59,568 bases of DNA from positions 1-59,568 of the forward strand of contig CAYOQQ010000003.1 of the NCBI GenBank assembly GCA_964406165.1, given 5' to 3'. Shown one piece after another: positions 1 to 6,410 of the stretch; the first letter of the stretch is position 1; each line of letters begins with the position of its first letter. Source of the DNA: an uncultured Candidatus Saccharibacteria bacterium (lineage in GTDB: Bacteria; Patescibacteriota; Minisyncoccia; Phycocordibacterales; UBA5272). The notes under the pieces were generated by a model, which worked only from the letters and a program-made list of their open reading frames with translations, was not told the origin of the DNA and did no database searches. The position numbers and the translations under genes were made by a program.

Positions 1-42
1 CTACACGCTACACGCTACACGCTACACGCTACACGCTACACG
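1..42. repeat. Tandem heptamer array (CTACACG)x6 abutting the pth -10 element at the contig start
   Basis: Six perfect head-to-tail CTACACG units at 1-42, followed by TTGTATACT. Confidence 0.95.
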
Positions 43-58
43 TTGTATACTACTCCTC

Positions 59-595
59 ATGACATTCACTCTTGTACCACTCGGTAATCCAGGCAGTAAG
101 TATGCCCGCACTCGTCATAATGTTGCGCGCGTTCTTCTTTCGATGATTCAAGATGAAGTAATGAAGATTTCATCGCTTGAGATTATGACTCCATCAACAT
201 ATATGAATGAAAGTGGCGTTGCTGTGCGAGAATATCTGCGCTATCACGAAGGGCGAGAGATTATTGTTATGTATGATGACAAAGATTTACCGTACGGAAC
301 ATTTCGCATCTCCTATGACAGGGGAGACGGTGGGCATAATGGGGTAAAGAGTATTATTGAAGCATTACAAAAGAAAGATTTTATTCGTATCCGTATTGGG
401 ATTGCACCACCTGAGATTGATGGGCAAATAGTTAAAGCTCCACACGGTGAAGCTGTACAAGGATATGTGATGGGTATAATTAATGAACGTGAAGAAGAGT
501 TACTGCGAGAGATAGCTGCAAAAGTACTCGGAAGTATCCGTACGATAACTGAATCAGGTTACCAAAAGGCCATGGAGGTGTATAATAGAATGTAA
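59..595 (+). CDS. pth: Peptidyl-tRNA hydrolase
   Basis: N-terminal LGNPGSKYARTRHNV and YMNESG motifs typical of Pth. TATACT at 46-51 lies 7 nt before the ATG. Confidence 0.9.
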   Translation: MTFTLVPLGNPGSKYARTRHNVARVLLSMIQDEVMKISSLEIMTPSTYMNESGVAVREYLRYHEGREIIVMYDDKDLPYGTFRISYDRGDGGHNGVKSIIEALQKKDFIRIRIGIAPPEIDGQIVKAPHGEAVQGYVMGIINEREEELLREIAAKVLGSIRTITESGYQKAMEVYNRM

Positions 596-621
596 TTATA
601 TAATAAGTAAAATAGTAGAGT

Positions 622-1548
622 ATGCCACCAAGACCACATCAACATCCTGTAGATAATAGAGGACATGGACATCATGATTTTAATGATAGTGCCCCGGTAC
701 CACTACAGAGTGAACTTGTAGTTCATGAAAAAATTGATGTTCCAGACCTCCCTCCGCTTTATCAAATCGCATATCAGGAAGCACAAAACGGTTTTGGGTC
801 ACGTATCGACATGTCTTCTTTTACTAATAGAAAAGATTTAGCAAAAGATGTTGCAAGTGTTCATAAAAAATTAGCAGAAATCCGAGATAGGTGTTTACAT
901 GGCACCGAACCAGAGAAAATGGCTGTAGTTCAGTCAGATATTTTCGAGCACATGCTTCATATGCATGTTACAGACGCTAGATGGTTTGGGGACAATGTAA
1001 AAAGTATCCTACCGTCAGTATATGACGACCTATTTAATGGTGTTGATCTTATTTTGGAACAAAATGTTGGAGAAGGGGCTTTTGCTTTTTCTTCACTTGC
1101 GGTGGATGCAACTTTTAGTGCTAAAGGTGCGGTAGAAAAAATAAGTAGAACAATGGAGCGTCTCCATGATGGGAAGTTAGGAAGGATAAAATATTTTCAA
1201 TCAGATGCAGCAAATTTTAAAGGAAGAATTGATGGTGTTCCCCAGTTTGTTATTGGAGTAGGAAGACCAGCATTGTTTGACATGGTTCGTCAATATGTAC
1301 AGCAAGGTGCAGTTCCAGAAATAAATCAAGAAGCAAGAAGAATGGTTCTGGAGCAGATCGAAAGACAGTCAGTCTATTATGCAAACTTTCTTTCTTCAAG
1401 AGGCTTTGGTGTGGAAGCATCTCATTATACCCGAGCTGGGGACATGGTAAGAAAAATCTTAACGGGAACGTCTCCTCTTACAAATAAAAAAGGTGTTGAT
1501 GAGGTGCATCATGCAATAATGGAGTGTTGCAAAATTAAGTCGTACTAA
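622..1548 (+). CDS. Hypothetical protein with a His-rich N-terminus
   Basis: Long ORF with host-like AT-rich codon usage. No recognisable motif. Confidence 0.6.
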   Translation: MPPRPHQHPVDNRGHGHHDFNDSAPVPLQSELVVHEKIDVPDLPPLYQIAYQEAQNGFGSRIDMSSFTNRKDLAKDVASVHKKLAEIRDRCLHGTEPEKMAVVQSDIFEHMLHMHVTDARWFGDNVKSILPSVYDDLFNGVDLILEQNVGEGAFAFSSLAVDATFSAKGAVEKISRTMERLHDGKLGRIKYFQSDAANFKGRIDGVPQFVIGVGRPALFDMVRQYVQQGAVPEINQEARRMVLEQIERQSVYYANFLSSRGFGVEASHYTRAGDMVRKILTGTSPLTNKKGVDEVHHAIMECCKIKSY

Positions 1549-1570
1549 GATGCTGTTCTTAGTGTAGTGA

Positions 1571-1613
1571 AATACAAAAGGCGGACGCGAAGCGTCCGCC
1601 TTTTGTATTTTTT
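1571..1613. terminator. Bidirectional intrinsic terminator between convergent genes
   Basis: Hairpin AAATACAAAAGGCGGACGC-GAA-GCGTCCGCCTTTTGTATTT, flanked by A and T runs. Confidence 0.8.
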
Positions 1614-1626
1614 AGCTACAGTCTGT

Positions 1627-2736
1627 CTATGCAGCCTTCCTCTCACCGTAGGTAAGCGTCATTCGCTCCTCGTTTGCATCAAAGAGAGTGATAGAGAACT
1701 TGTAACTCTTTCCAAGAGTAAGAGTTGAGCGAAGCTTCGCTTCATCTCCGAAGTCTGATACATGAACAAGACCTGCTACACCTTCCTCGATAGAAACGAG
1801 TGCTCCGTGCTTGTTGAACTTAATCACAACACCCGCAACTTCATCTCCCTTCTTGTACTTCTTAGCAGCTTCCTTCCATGGGTTTTCCTTAAGAGCCTTA
1901 AGTGAAAGTGAAATCTTGTTATCCTTCACTTCAATAATTTTAGCGCGAACCTTATCTCCAACACGAGCATGTGCCTTAGTGTCTTCAACAAGACCCCAAT
2001 CGATCTCACTCTTGTGAACTAGACCTTCAACACCGTCAGTAAGTTTAATGAAGATACCGAACTCAACAACACCTGTAACTGTTCCTTCTACCTCATCACC
2101 AACAGAGTAGGTGCCAAGAGCAACCTCCTTTGTTTCTTTAGATGATCCACCGTCCTTTTCTGAGAAGATAAGTTTACCTTCCTTAGGAATAGCTGAGATA
2201 ATAGAAACAGAAATACGCTTACCAATAAGCTTCTTGAGCTCACGGAGAATCTTATCCTTATCACCATCCTCGATACGTGGGTACTTGTCTTCCTTGAGCT
2301 GGGATGCAGGGAGGAATCCTGACATACCTTGCCATTCGATAATAAGACCACCTTTGTTAGCGTCCTTAACAACGAGGTCCATAATACGCTTATCTTTGAT
2401 TGCTTGTTCAGCATCATTCCACATAAGCGCTTGACGAGCTTCCTTAAGAGAAAGTTCGACATACCCATTCTTGTTCTCACGAAGAACAATCTTCGCAGAA
2501 ATAGTATCACCAATATTGATACGCTTAATAACATCACGCGCATTCATGAACTCGATACCGTAAATGATACCTGTTCCTGCAACACCAAGGTCTACGTAGA
2601 GTGCTGATTTTTCAATCGCTACGATGATACCTTCTGTGATGTCTTCTTCCTTAAAAATAACTGCATCTACCGCGTATGGCGCGATAACTTGCTCTCCTTT
2701 TGTAACTGTTGTTGTCATAAAAATATAAATTCCCAC
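1627..2736 (-). CDS. rpsA: 30S ribosomal protein S1 (four S1 domains). The start may be the ATG at 2718.
   Basis: Repeated S1-domain signatures, e.g. GDEVEGTVTGVVEFGIFIKL..GLVHKSE and GDEVAGVVIKFNKHGALVSI..GLVHVSD. Confidence 0.85.
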   Translation of the reverse strand: MGIYIFMTTTVTKGEQVIAPYAVDAVIFKEEDITEGIIVAIEKSALYVDLGVAGTGIIYGIEFMNARDVIKRINIGDTISAKIVLRENKNGYVELSLKEARQALMWNDAEQAIKDKRIMDLVVKDANKGGLIIEWQGMSGFLPASQLKEDKYPRIEDGDKDKILRELKKLIGKRISVSIISAIPKEGKLIFSEKDGGSSKETKEVALGTYSVGDEVEGTVTGVVEFGIFIKLTDGVEGLVHKSEIDWGLVEDTKAHARVGDKVRAKIIEVKDNKISLSLKALKENPWKEAAKKYKKGDEVAGVVIKFNKHGALVSIEEGVAGLVHVSDFGDEAKLRSTLTLGKSYKFSITLFDANEERMTLTYGERKAA

Positions 2737-2742
2737 ACGAAG

Positions 2743-2835
2743 GTGGGAAAGCCACTTCGGTCTGGTTTCCCAGCTCCTGTTTAGTGTGGTTTATGGCCAT
2801 CTAGTCAAAACAGGGGCTGGGGGCTACGCCAGAAC
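2743..2835 (-). promoter_or_regulatory. GC-rich structured segment immediately upstream of rpsA (candidate leader or small RNA)
   Basis: On the minus strand CCCAGCCCCTGTTT pairs with AAACAGGAGCTGGG (13 of 14). There are also GGGAAA..TTTCCC and CCCAC..GTGGG hairpins with a UUCG loop. It shares a 22-nt block with the 5'UTR of the 60-aa ORF. Confidence 0.4.
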
Positions 2836-2923
2836 GGTATCTATTAATAGATAGGGTAATACTACAATAAAGAGGGGTAAAAGGCAAATAGTCTCAATAA
2901 TACTTTTTTGTGATTATTACAAT

Positions 2924-2960
2924 AAAAAAACCTCGACAGTCTTTCGATGTTGTCGAGGTG
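2924..2960 (-). terminator. Intrinsic terminator of the 60-aa ORF
   Basis: Minus strand reads CCTCGACA-loop-TGTCGAGG followed by a T7 run. Confidence 0.8.
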
Positions 2961-3006
2961 TATTGTCTATCTGGTGCACCTCTTACAGGGCTTATACCAA
3001 GATAGA

Positions 3007-3189
3007 TTATTCAGGCTTACCAGGTTCTTTAACTTCTTGTTGTTTCTCGGGTGGCTTGGTCCAATTTGGGTTGATTCGAAATGCTCCAGAGCGATTCATA
3101 TGACTTATCGCAACTCGATTTCTTTCTGCAATGATTTGCAACCTTCTTTTCTCATCTTCATCATCGGTACGTTTTGACGATGTGTTCAT
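3007..3189 (-). CDS. Small charged protein (60 aa), unknown function
   Basis: GGAGGG SD 5-6 nt before the ATG. Own TTGATA-N16-TATATT promoter and own terminator. Confidence 0.6.
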   Translation of the reverse strand: MNTSSKRTDDEDEKRRLQIIAERNRVAISHMNRSGAFRINPNWTKPPEKQQEVKEPGKPE

Positions 3190-3233
3190 ATTGATCCCTC
3201 CATGTAGTTAAAACAGGGGCTCCCTGATAGTTA

Positions 3234-3261
3234 AATATACATTATTTTTTTCGATTATCAA
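3234..3261 (-). promoter_or_regulatory. Sigma70-type promoter TTGATA-N16-TATATT for the 60-aa ORF
   Basis: The reverse complement of 3234-3261 gives the -35 and -10 hexamers with a 16-nt spacer. Confidence 0.6.
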
Positions 3262-3324
3262 ATTACTATTTAGTTATTATAAAATAATTATTAAGACTTG
3301 TTGGGTGTGTGGTTATAAAAGTTG

Positions 3325-3390
3325 ATGTCGAAATGTGCTCGTTAGCGTCCAGGACGTGACTTTGCTAAGTCAGACATCATTTTGCTCGGC
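3325..3390 (+). repeat. Palindromic unit / micro-ORF family, copy 1 (32-nt insert, in-frame TAG at codon 7)
   Basis: ATGTCGAAATGTGCTC + 32 nt + GACATCATTTTGCTCGGC. The termini match copies 2 and 3. Confidence 0.7.
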
Positions 3391-3400
3391 TATGTTATCT

Positions 3401-3448
3401 ATGTCGAAATGTGCTCATTTCGACATCATTTTGCTCGGCGCAAAATGA
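3401..3448 (+). repeat. Palindromic unit / micro-ORF family, copy 2 (minimal form; could encode MSKCAHFDIILLGAK)
   Basis: ATGTCGAAAT-GTGCTC-ATTTCGACAT is a 10-bp perfect stem. It is followed by the CATTTTGC-TCGGC-GCAAAATG hairpin. Confidence 0.7.
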
Positions 3449-3449
3449 G

Positions 3450-3478
3450 AAAACCGCGCGACTCACGTCGGGCGGTTT
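3450..3478. terminator. GC-rich hairpin shared by convergent transcripts (unit copies on +, ORF132 transcript on -)
   Basis: AAAACCGCGCG-ACTCACGT-CGGGCGGTTT. On the minus strand a T-rich tract follows it. Confidence 0.6.
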
Positions 3479-3479
3479 G

Positions 3480-3672
3480 GATGGTTCCCTTTTCCCCAAA
3501 GCTAAGCTTTGGTCGGGGCGAGGTGATCCTCTAGCGGTCCATCAGAAGTGACAGGGCCTTTCGCCTATCCTTCTTACCTCTACGCCGGATTGTCTGTCCG
3601 GCCTATTTACCTGTAATAACTCATGTGCAGGGTCTCCTGGGTTGTGGCATTGTTGTAAAGGCGGCTGACAGC
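3480..3672 (-). ncRNA. GC-rich structured 3' segment of the ORF132 transcript (unclassified)
   Basis: Several stable hairpins on the minus strand: GCCGGA-CAGACAA-TCCGGC, CCAAAGC-TTA-GCTTTGG and a GGC-GAAAG-GCC loop. No convincing ORF. It ends at the terminator at 3450-3478. Confidence 0.4.
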
Positions 3673-3810
3673 TTAGCGCTGCCAGGGCTTCGGTGCGGTG
3701 CGAGCAATAGCTCGCACCGTCTTGTGCCGCCCACGCAGAGTGTTCTGCGGGGGCTTGCACTTCGGGATAGGGTAGCGCGGAATGAATTCCGGCGGATCCC
3801 AAACAAACAT
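3673..3810 (-). CDS. Candidate 45-aa basic, Pro-rich micro-protein. An alternative 65-aa form starts at 3870 in a TAATG overlap with ORF132.
   Basis: AAAGGAGAGAC precedes the ATG at 3810. The longer frame begins with the ATG that overlaps the ORF132 stop codon. Confidence 0.3.
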   Translation of the reverse strand: MFVWDPPEFIPRYPIPKCKPPQNTLRGRHKTVRAIARTAPKPWQR

Positions 3811-3869
3811 GTCTCTCCTTTCGAATACCCTAAGAATGTCTAGGGGCCGAATGTGGAAGATTAGCAACA

Positions 3870-4268
3870 TTAGAATCTGACATTTACACGACGACGGTCC
3901 TTGTACTTGTCATTTCGGCCATGACGAGAGTATGACCGTTCTTCTTGGTGCACAAGTTTGGCACTGTAGAGATGTCCACGAAGGATGTACTCAGGGCAGT
4001 CTGCCGGCTTTCGAAAAGCTTCGCGCAAACCAGAGGACTGTTGGGTCCACTCATCGCGAGCACGAGGCTCGTCGATGCAGGTCTTGCGACGCGGCTTTGC
4101 CGGTTCGAGGACTTCTGGTGTCCACGCGATTTCTCCGTGGGTCTCCTTACGTACCTTGTAGAGGTCCGTGCCAGCCATGTTGTTCAAGGTTTCCTTGAGC
4201 GTGCTGGTGAGGGGGACATATCGTGCCGAGACACGAACCGGAATTCCGTTGAAACTTTGCAAACGCAT
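3870..4268 (-). CDS. GC-rich 132-aa protein, unknown function
   Basis: AAGGAGAAAAG precedes the ATG at 4268. Third-codon positions are G/C-biased, unlike neighbouring genes. The tracked ORF start at 4328 overlaps the promoter, so the start was trimmed. Confidence 0.65.
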   Translation of the reverse strand: MRLQSFNGIPVRVSARYVPLTSTLKETLNNMAGTDLYKVRKETHGEIAWTPEVLEPAKPRRKTCIDEPRARDEWTQQSSGLREAFRKPADCPEYILRGHLYSAKLVHQEERSYSRHGRNDKYKDRRRVNVRF

Positions 4269-4319
4269 CTTTTCTCCTTGGGTTAAATTGGTATTATGGG
4301 AAACAACTAAACTGTATAT

Positions 4320-4347
4320 ATTATACACGAAATATATATTTTGTCAA
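4320..4347 (-). promoter_or_regulatory. Near-consensus sigma70 promoter TTGACA-N16-TATAAT driving ORF132
   Basis: The reverse complement of 4320-4347 gives both consensus hexamers. Confidence 0.75.
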
Positions 4348-4454
4348 GTAATATTCTTTACAAACTTGACAAATAGTGTATTAAAATATGACCTTTGATA
4401 AGGGTTAAAATGCTTTATTTATATGTGTTTTCGAGGATTTATACAAAATAGTTT

Positions 4455-4598
4455 ATGTCGAAATTTGCTAGTTCTTATGTCTCTAGACGAGACATTGCGA
4501 AGCGAATTGAAGCTTTTTTGTTAAGGAACGCTTCGCTTACAAAAAACTTCAATTCGGACATCATTTTGCTCGGCGCAAAAAGAAAACCGCCATCATGA
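4455..4598 (+). repeat. Palindromic unit / micro-ORF family, copy 3 (long insert; open 47-codon frame MSKFASS...SDIILLGAKRKPPS)
   Basis: ATGTCGAAATTTGCTA ... GACATCATTTTGCTCGGCGCAAAAAG. The termini are shared with copies 1 and 2. TATACA lies 9 nt upstream of the ATG. Confidence 0.6.
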
Positions 4599-4623
4599 TT
4601 ATTCATCATTTTGGCGGTGTTTT
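4583..4623. terminator. Hairpin shared by unit copy 3 (+) and the 49-aa ORF (-)
   Basis: ACCGCCA..ATGAT-GAATA-ATCAT..TGGCGGT, with T-rich tracts on both sides. Confidence 0.65.
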
Positions 4624-4639
4624 ACTCCCTTTGCTGAGA

Positions 4640-4789
4640 TCAGTGGAGTTGCATCTCGGGAACTTCCACGGCATGGACGATGTCGTCCATGCCGATGCTG
4701 ATGCCTTGCTCGACGTTGCCGTCAAACATGGCATCAAGAACATTGTGCTCTTCGAGTGATACTGCGGCCTGGAACAGTGCTTCGTTCAC
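4640..4789 (-). CDS. Candidate 49-aa acidic micro-protein (GTG start)
   Basis: AGAAAGG lies 5 nt before the GTG. The frame is GC-rich, has its own TTGATA-N16-TATAAT promoter and is followed by a terminator. It is below the ORF-track size cut-off. Confidence 0.35.
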   Translation of the reverse strand: MNEALFQAAVSLEEHNVLDAMFDGNVEQGISIGMDDIVHAVEVPEMQLH

Positions 4790-4845
4790 GATTGCCTTTC
4801 TGCCCTAGTGGGCAATGATGCTTCTCAACATGAGGAGCAATGTAT

Positions 4846-4873
4846 ATTATACATTATTTATGTAATTTATCAA
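4846..4873 (-). promoter_or_regulatory. Sigma70-type promoter TTGATA-N16-TATAAT for the 49-aa ORF
   Basis: Read from the reverse complement of 4846-4873. Confidence 0.6.
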
Positions 4874-5006
4874 GTATATTTTAGGTTACTTCACTAATAC
4901 ATGTAGGTTCACGTAGTGTATTGCGTAAGTGATCTCTTAAGCGATATAAAGATATTGTCTATCGTCATAAACCTATAACTTTTTTCTTTATAACTTTTTT
5001 GTTAGA

Positions 5007-5651
5007 ATGGTCAGCATGATAATCACTCACTACGGACGACAGCATTTTAAATTACAAGTTGGCGATTTAACATTCGCAATCAATCCAGTTTCTAAGGAAG
5101 GAAAAGGGAAGTTAAGTAAATATGGGGCTGATGTGACTCTTGTCACTACGAATCATCCTGACTATAACGGAGTGGAGCAGACAGAAATGGGAAGTAAGAC
5201 ACCATTTGTTATTCGTGGGGCAGGGGAATATGAGGTGCAGAATATTTTTATTAAAGGATTTGCAACTGAAGTTACTCTTAAAGAGAACAAGAAAGAGAAG
5301 ACATACCAAAACACAAGTTATGTATTTGTGATTGATGGTATCCGTGTGACATTCTTAGGAGCACTTTCAGAGATGCTTAAGCCAGAGCATAAAGAAGTTA
5401 TCGATGAGACAGATGTGCTCTTCGTACCTGTAGGTGAAGATGGATTCTTACTTAATGCATATGATGCGTACAAACTTTCAGTTGCTCTTGAGCCAAAGCT
5501 TATTATTCCGATGGATTATAATGAGCAGTCACTTCCTATCTTTTTGAAAGAAGTAGGGAATGAAAAAGTAGACCCAGTAGAGAAGTTAACGATTAAGAAG
5601 AAGGATATTGAGGGGAAATTGGGTGAGGTTGTTCTCTTCCACGAGCTCTAA
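5007..5651 (+). CDS. MBL-fold metal-dependent hydrolase (UPF0173-like). The probable start is the ATG at 5016.
   Basis: N-terminal IITHYGRQHFKLQ..LTFAINP resembles the beta-lactamase-fold hydrolase family. TAGAAT at 5003-5008 lies 7 nt before the ATG at 5016. Confidence 0.6.
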   Translation: MVSMIITHYGRQHFKLQVGDLTFAINPVSKEGKGKLSKYGADVTLVTTNHPDYNGVEQTEMGSKTPFVIRGAGEYEVQNIFIKGFATEVTLKENKKEKTYQNTSYVFVIDGIRVTFLGALSEMLKPEHKEVIDETDVLFVPVGEDGFLLNAYDAYKLSVALEPKLIIPMDYNEQSLPIFLKEVGNEKVDPVEKLTIKKKDIEGKLGEVVLFHEL

Positions 5652-5831
5652 GAAAAAGACTGTAGTCAGTAGACTGTAGACCGTAGCTTTATATGCAAAT
5701 ACTGATACTTATAAAATAAGTACATGAATCTAAAACTATTGAGTTTGAGCTAAGGTGCAGTTTTTGTGCTGTTTGGCTACAGGCTAAGGTCTACAGTCTA
5801 CCTTGCTGTATACTATACATCAATTACATCG

Positions 5832-6272
5832 ATGAAATTCTATAAAAAATATTTCAATCCTCGGCATTGGTTGGCATATTTACGAAAACAACCAAAACAC
5901 ATGCAGCATGTGTTTGCACTTGCAGTTTCGGGGGCTGTAACCACGCTCCTTGGTATTGGTATTTTATATTTTGATTATGGTTTTTGGCATGAACGATATT
6001 CTCGAAATGAAACTGCTACAAAAAAGACTGTTATTTCTAAAAAAGAAGAAGTGCCAACCGTGTCACCTGGACAGATGCTAGGAGGGTTTTTAAAAGAAGC
6101 GTCTGTGAGAATTGAGGCAATAAAAAATGACAAGATAATTTCTCTTGATGGTAAGGAAATTTATAGCAAAGAACAAGTTCAAAATACAACCGAAAGTAGG
6201 TTAGACACATCGGCATCTTCCTCGCTCTATCAACAGGAAAGCATAGATTCATTTCGTAAGAGTGATCAGTAG
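5832..6272 (+). CDS. Hypothetical membrane-anchored protein
   Basis: Internal Met of tracked ORF 5766..6272, followed by one hydrophobic helix. The upstream part of the tracked ORF is heptamer-repeat spacer. Confidence 0.45.
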   Translation: MKFYKKYFNPRHWLAYLRKQPKHMQHVFALAVSGAVTTLLGIGILYFDYGFWHERYSRNETATKKTVISKKEEVPTVSPGQMLGGFLKEASVRIEAIKNDKIISLDGKEIYSKEQVQNTTESRLDTSASSSLYQQESIDSFRKSDQ

Positions 6273-6410
6273 TATTCCTGAAATAGCTATGAAAATAATC
6301 CTTTTTTAAGGTATTTTCGAGTGAGTCATTTTATAAAATCGTAGTGAGTGGTGCTGGTCTTAGGCTTTGATTTATGCTATACTATTACCTACTTATCGTA
6401 ACATCTGTAT

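Noticed and set aside
1811-2607. Several tracked ORFs on both strands inside rpsA (1811..2017, 2088..2543, 2111..2434, 2329..2607).
   Set aside because: They lie within or antisense to the S1 gene, whose four S1 domains are unambiguous. Their sequences are low-complexity.
3480-3870. RNase P RNA, tmRNA, SRP RNA or a group II intron domain V in the GC-rich segment.
   Set aside because: On neither strand could I find GGAAAGTCC, a tmRNA 5' GGGG..TCGAC or its T-arm/CCA end, the SRP GGAAGCAGCC, or an AGC-bulged 14-bp domain V hairpin. ACAGACAATCCGGCGTA only loosely resembles RNase P CR-V and is in the wrong order relative to the other elements.
3870-4268. ORF132 as an IS200/IS605 TnpA (Y1 transposase) with flanking subterminal hairpins.
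   Set aside because: The size fits, but the protein has no HUH motif and no obvious catalytic Tyr context. No TnpB-sized ORF is present either.
3325-4623. Possible miniature CRISPR array, given repeated termini with variable inserts, one of them 32 nt long.
   Set aside because: There are only three copies and the spacing is very unequal (0, 32 and about 85 nt of insert). The copies are separated by about 1 kb of genes. The repeat halves are mutually complementary, which makes them hairpin arms rather than direct repeats. No cas genes are present in the window.
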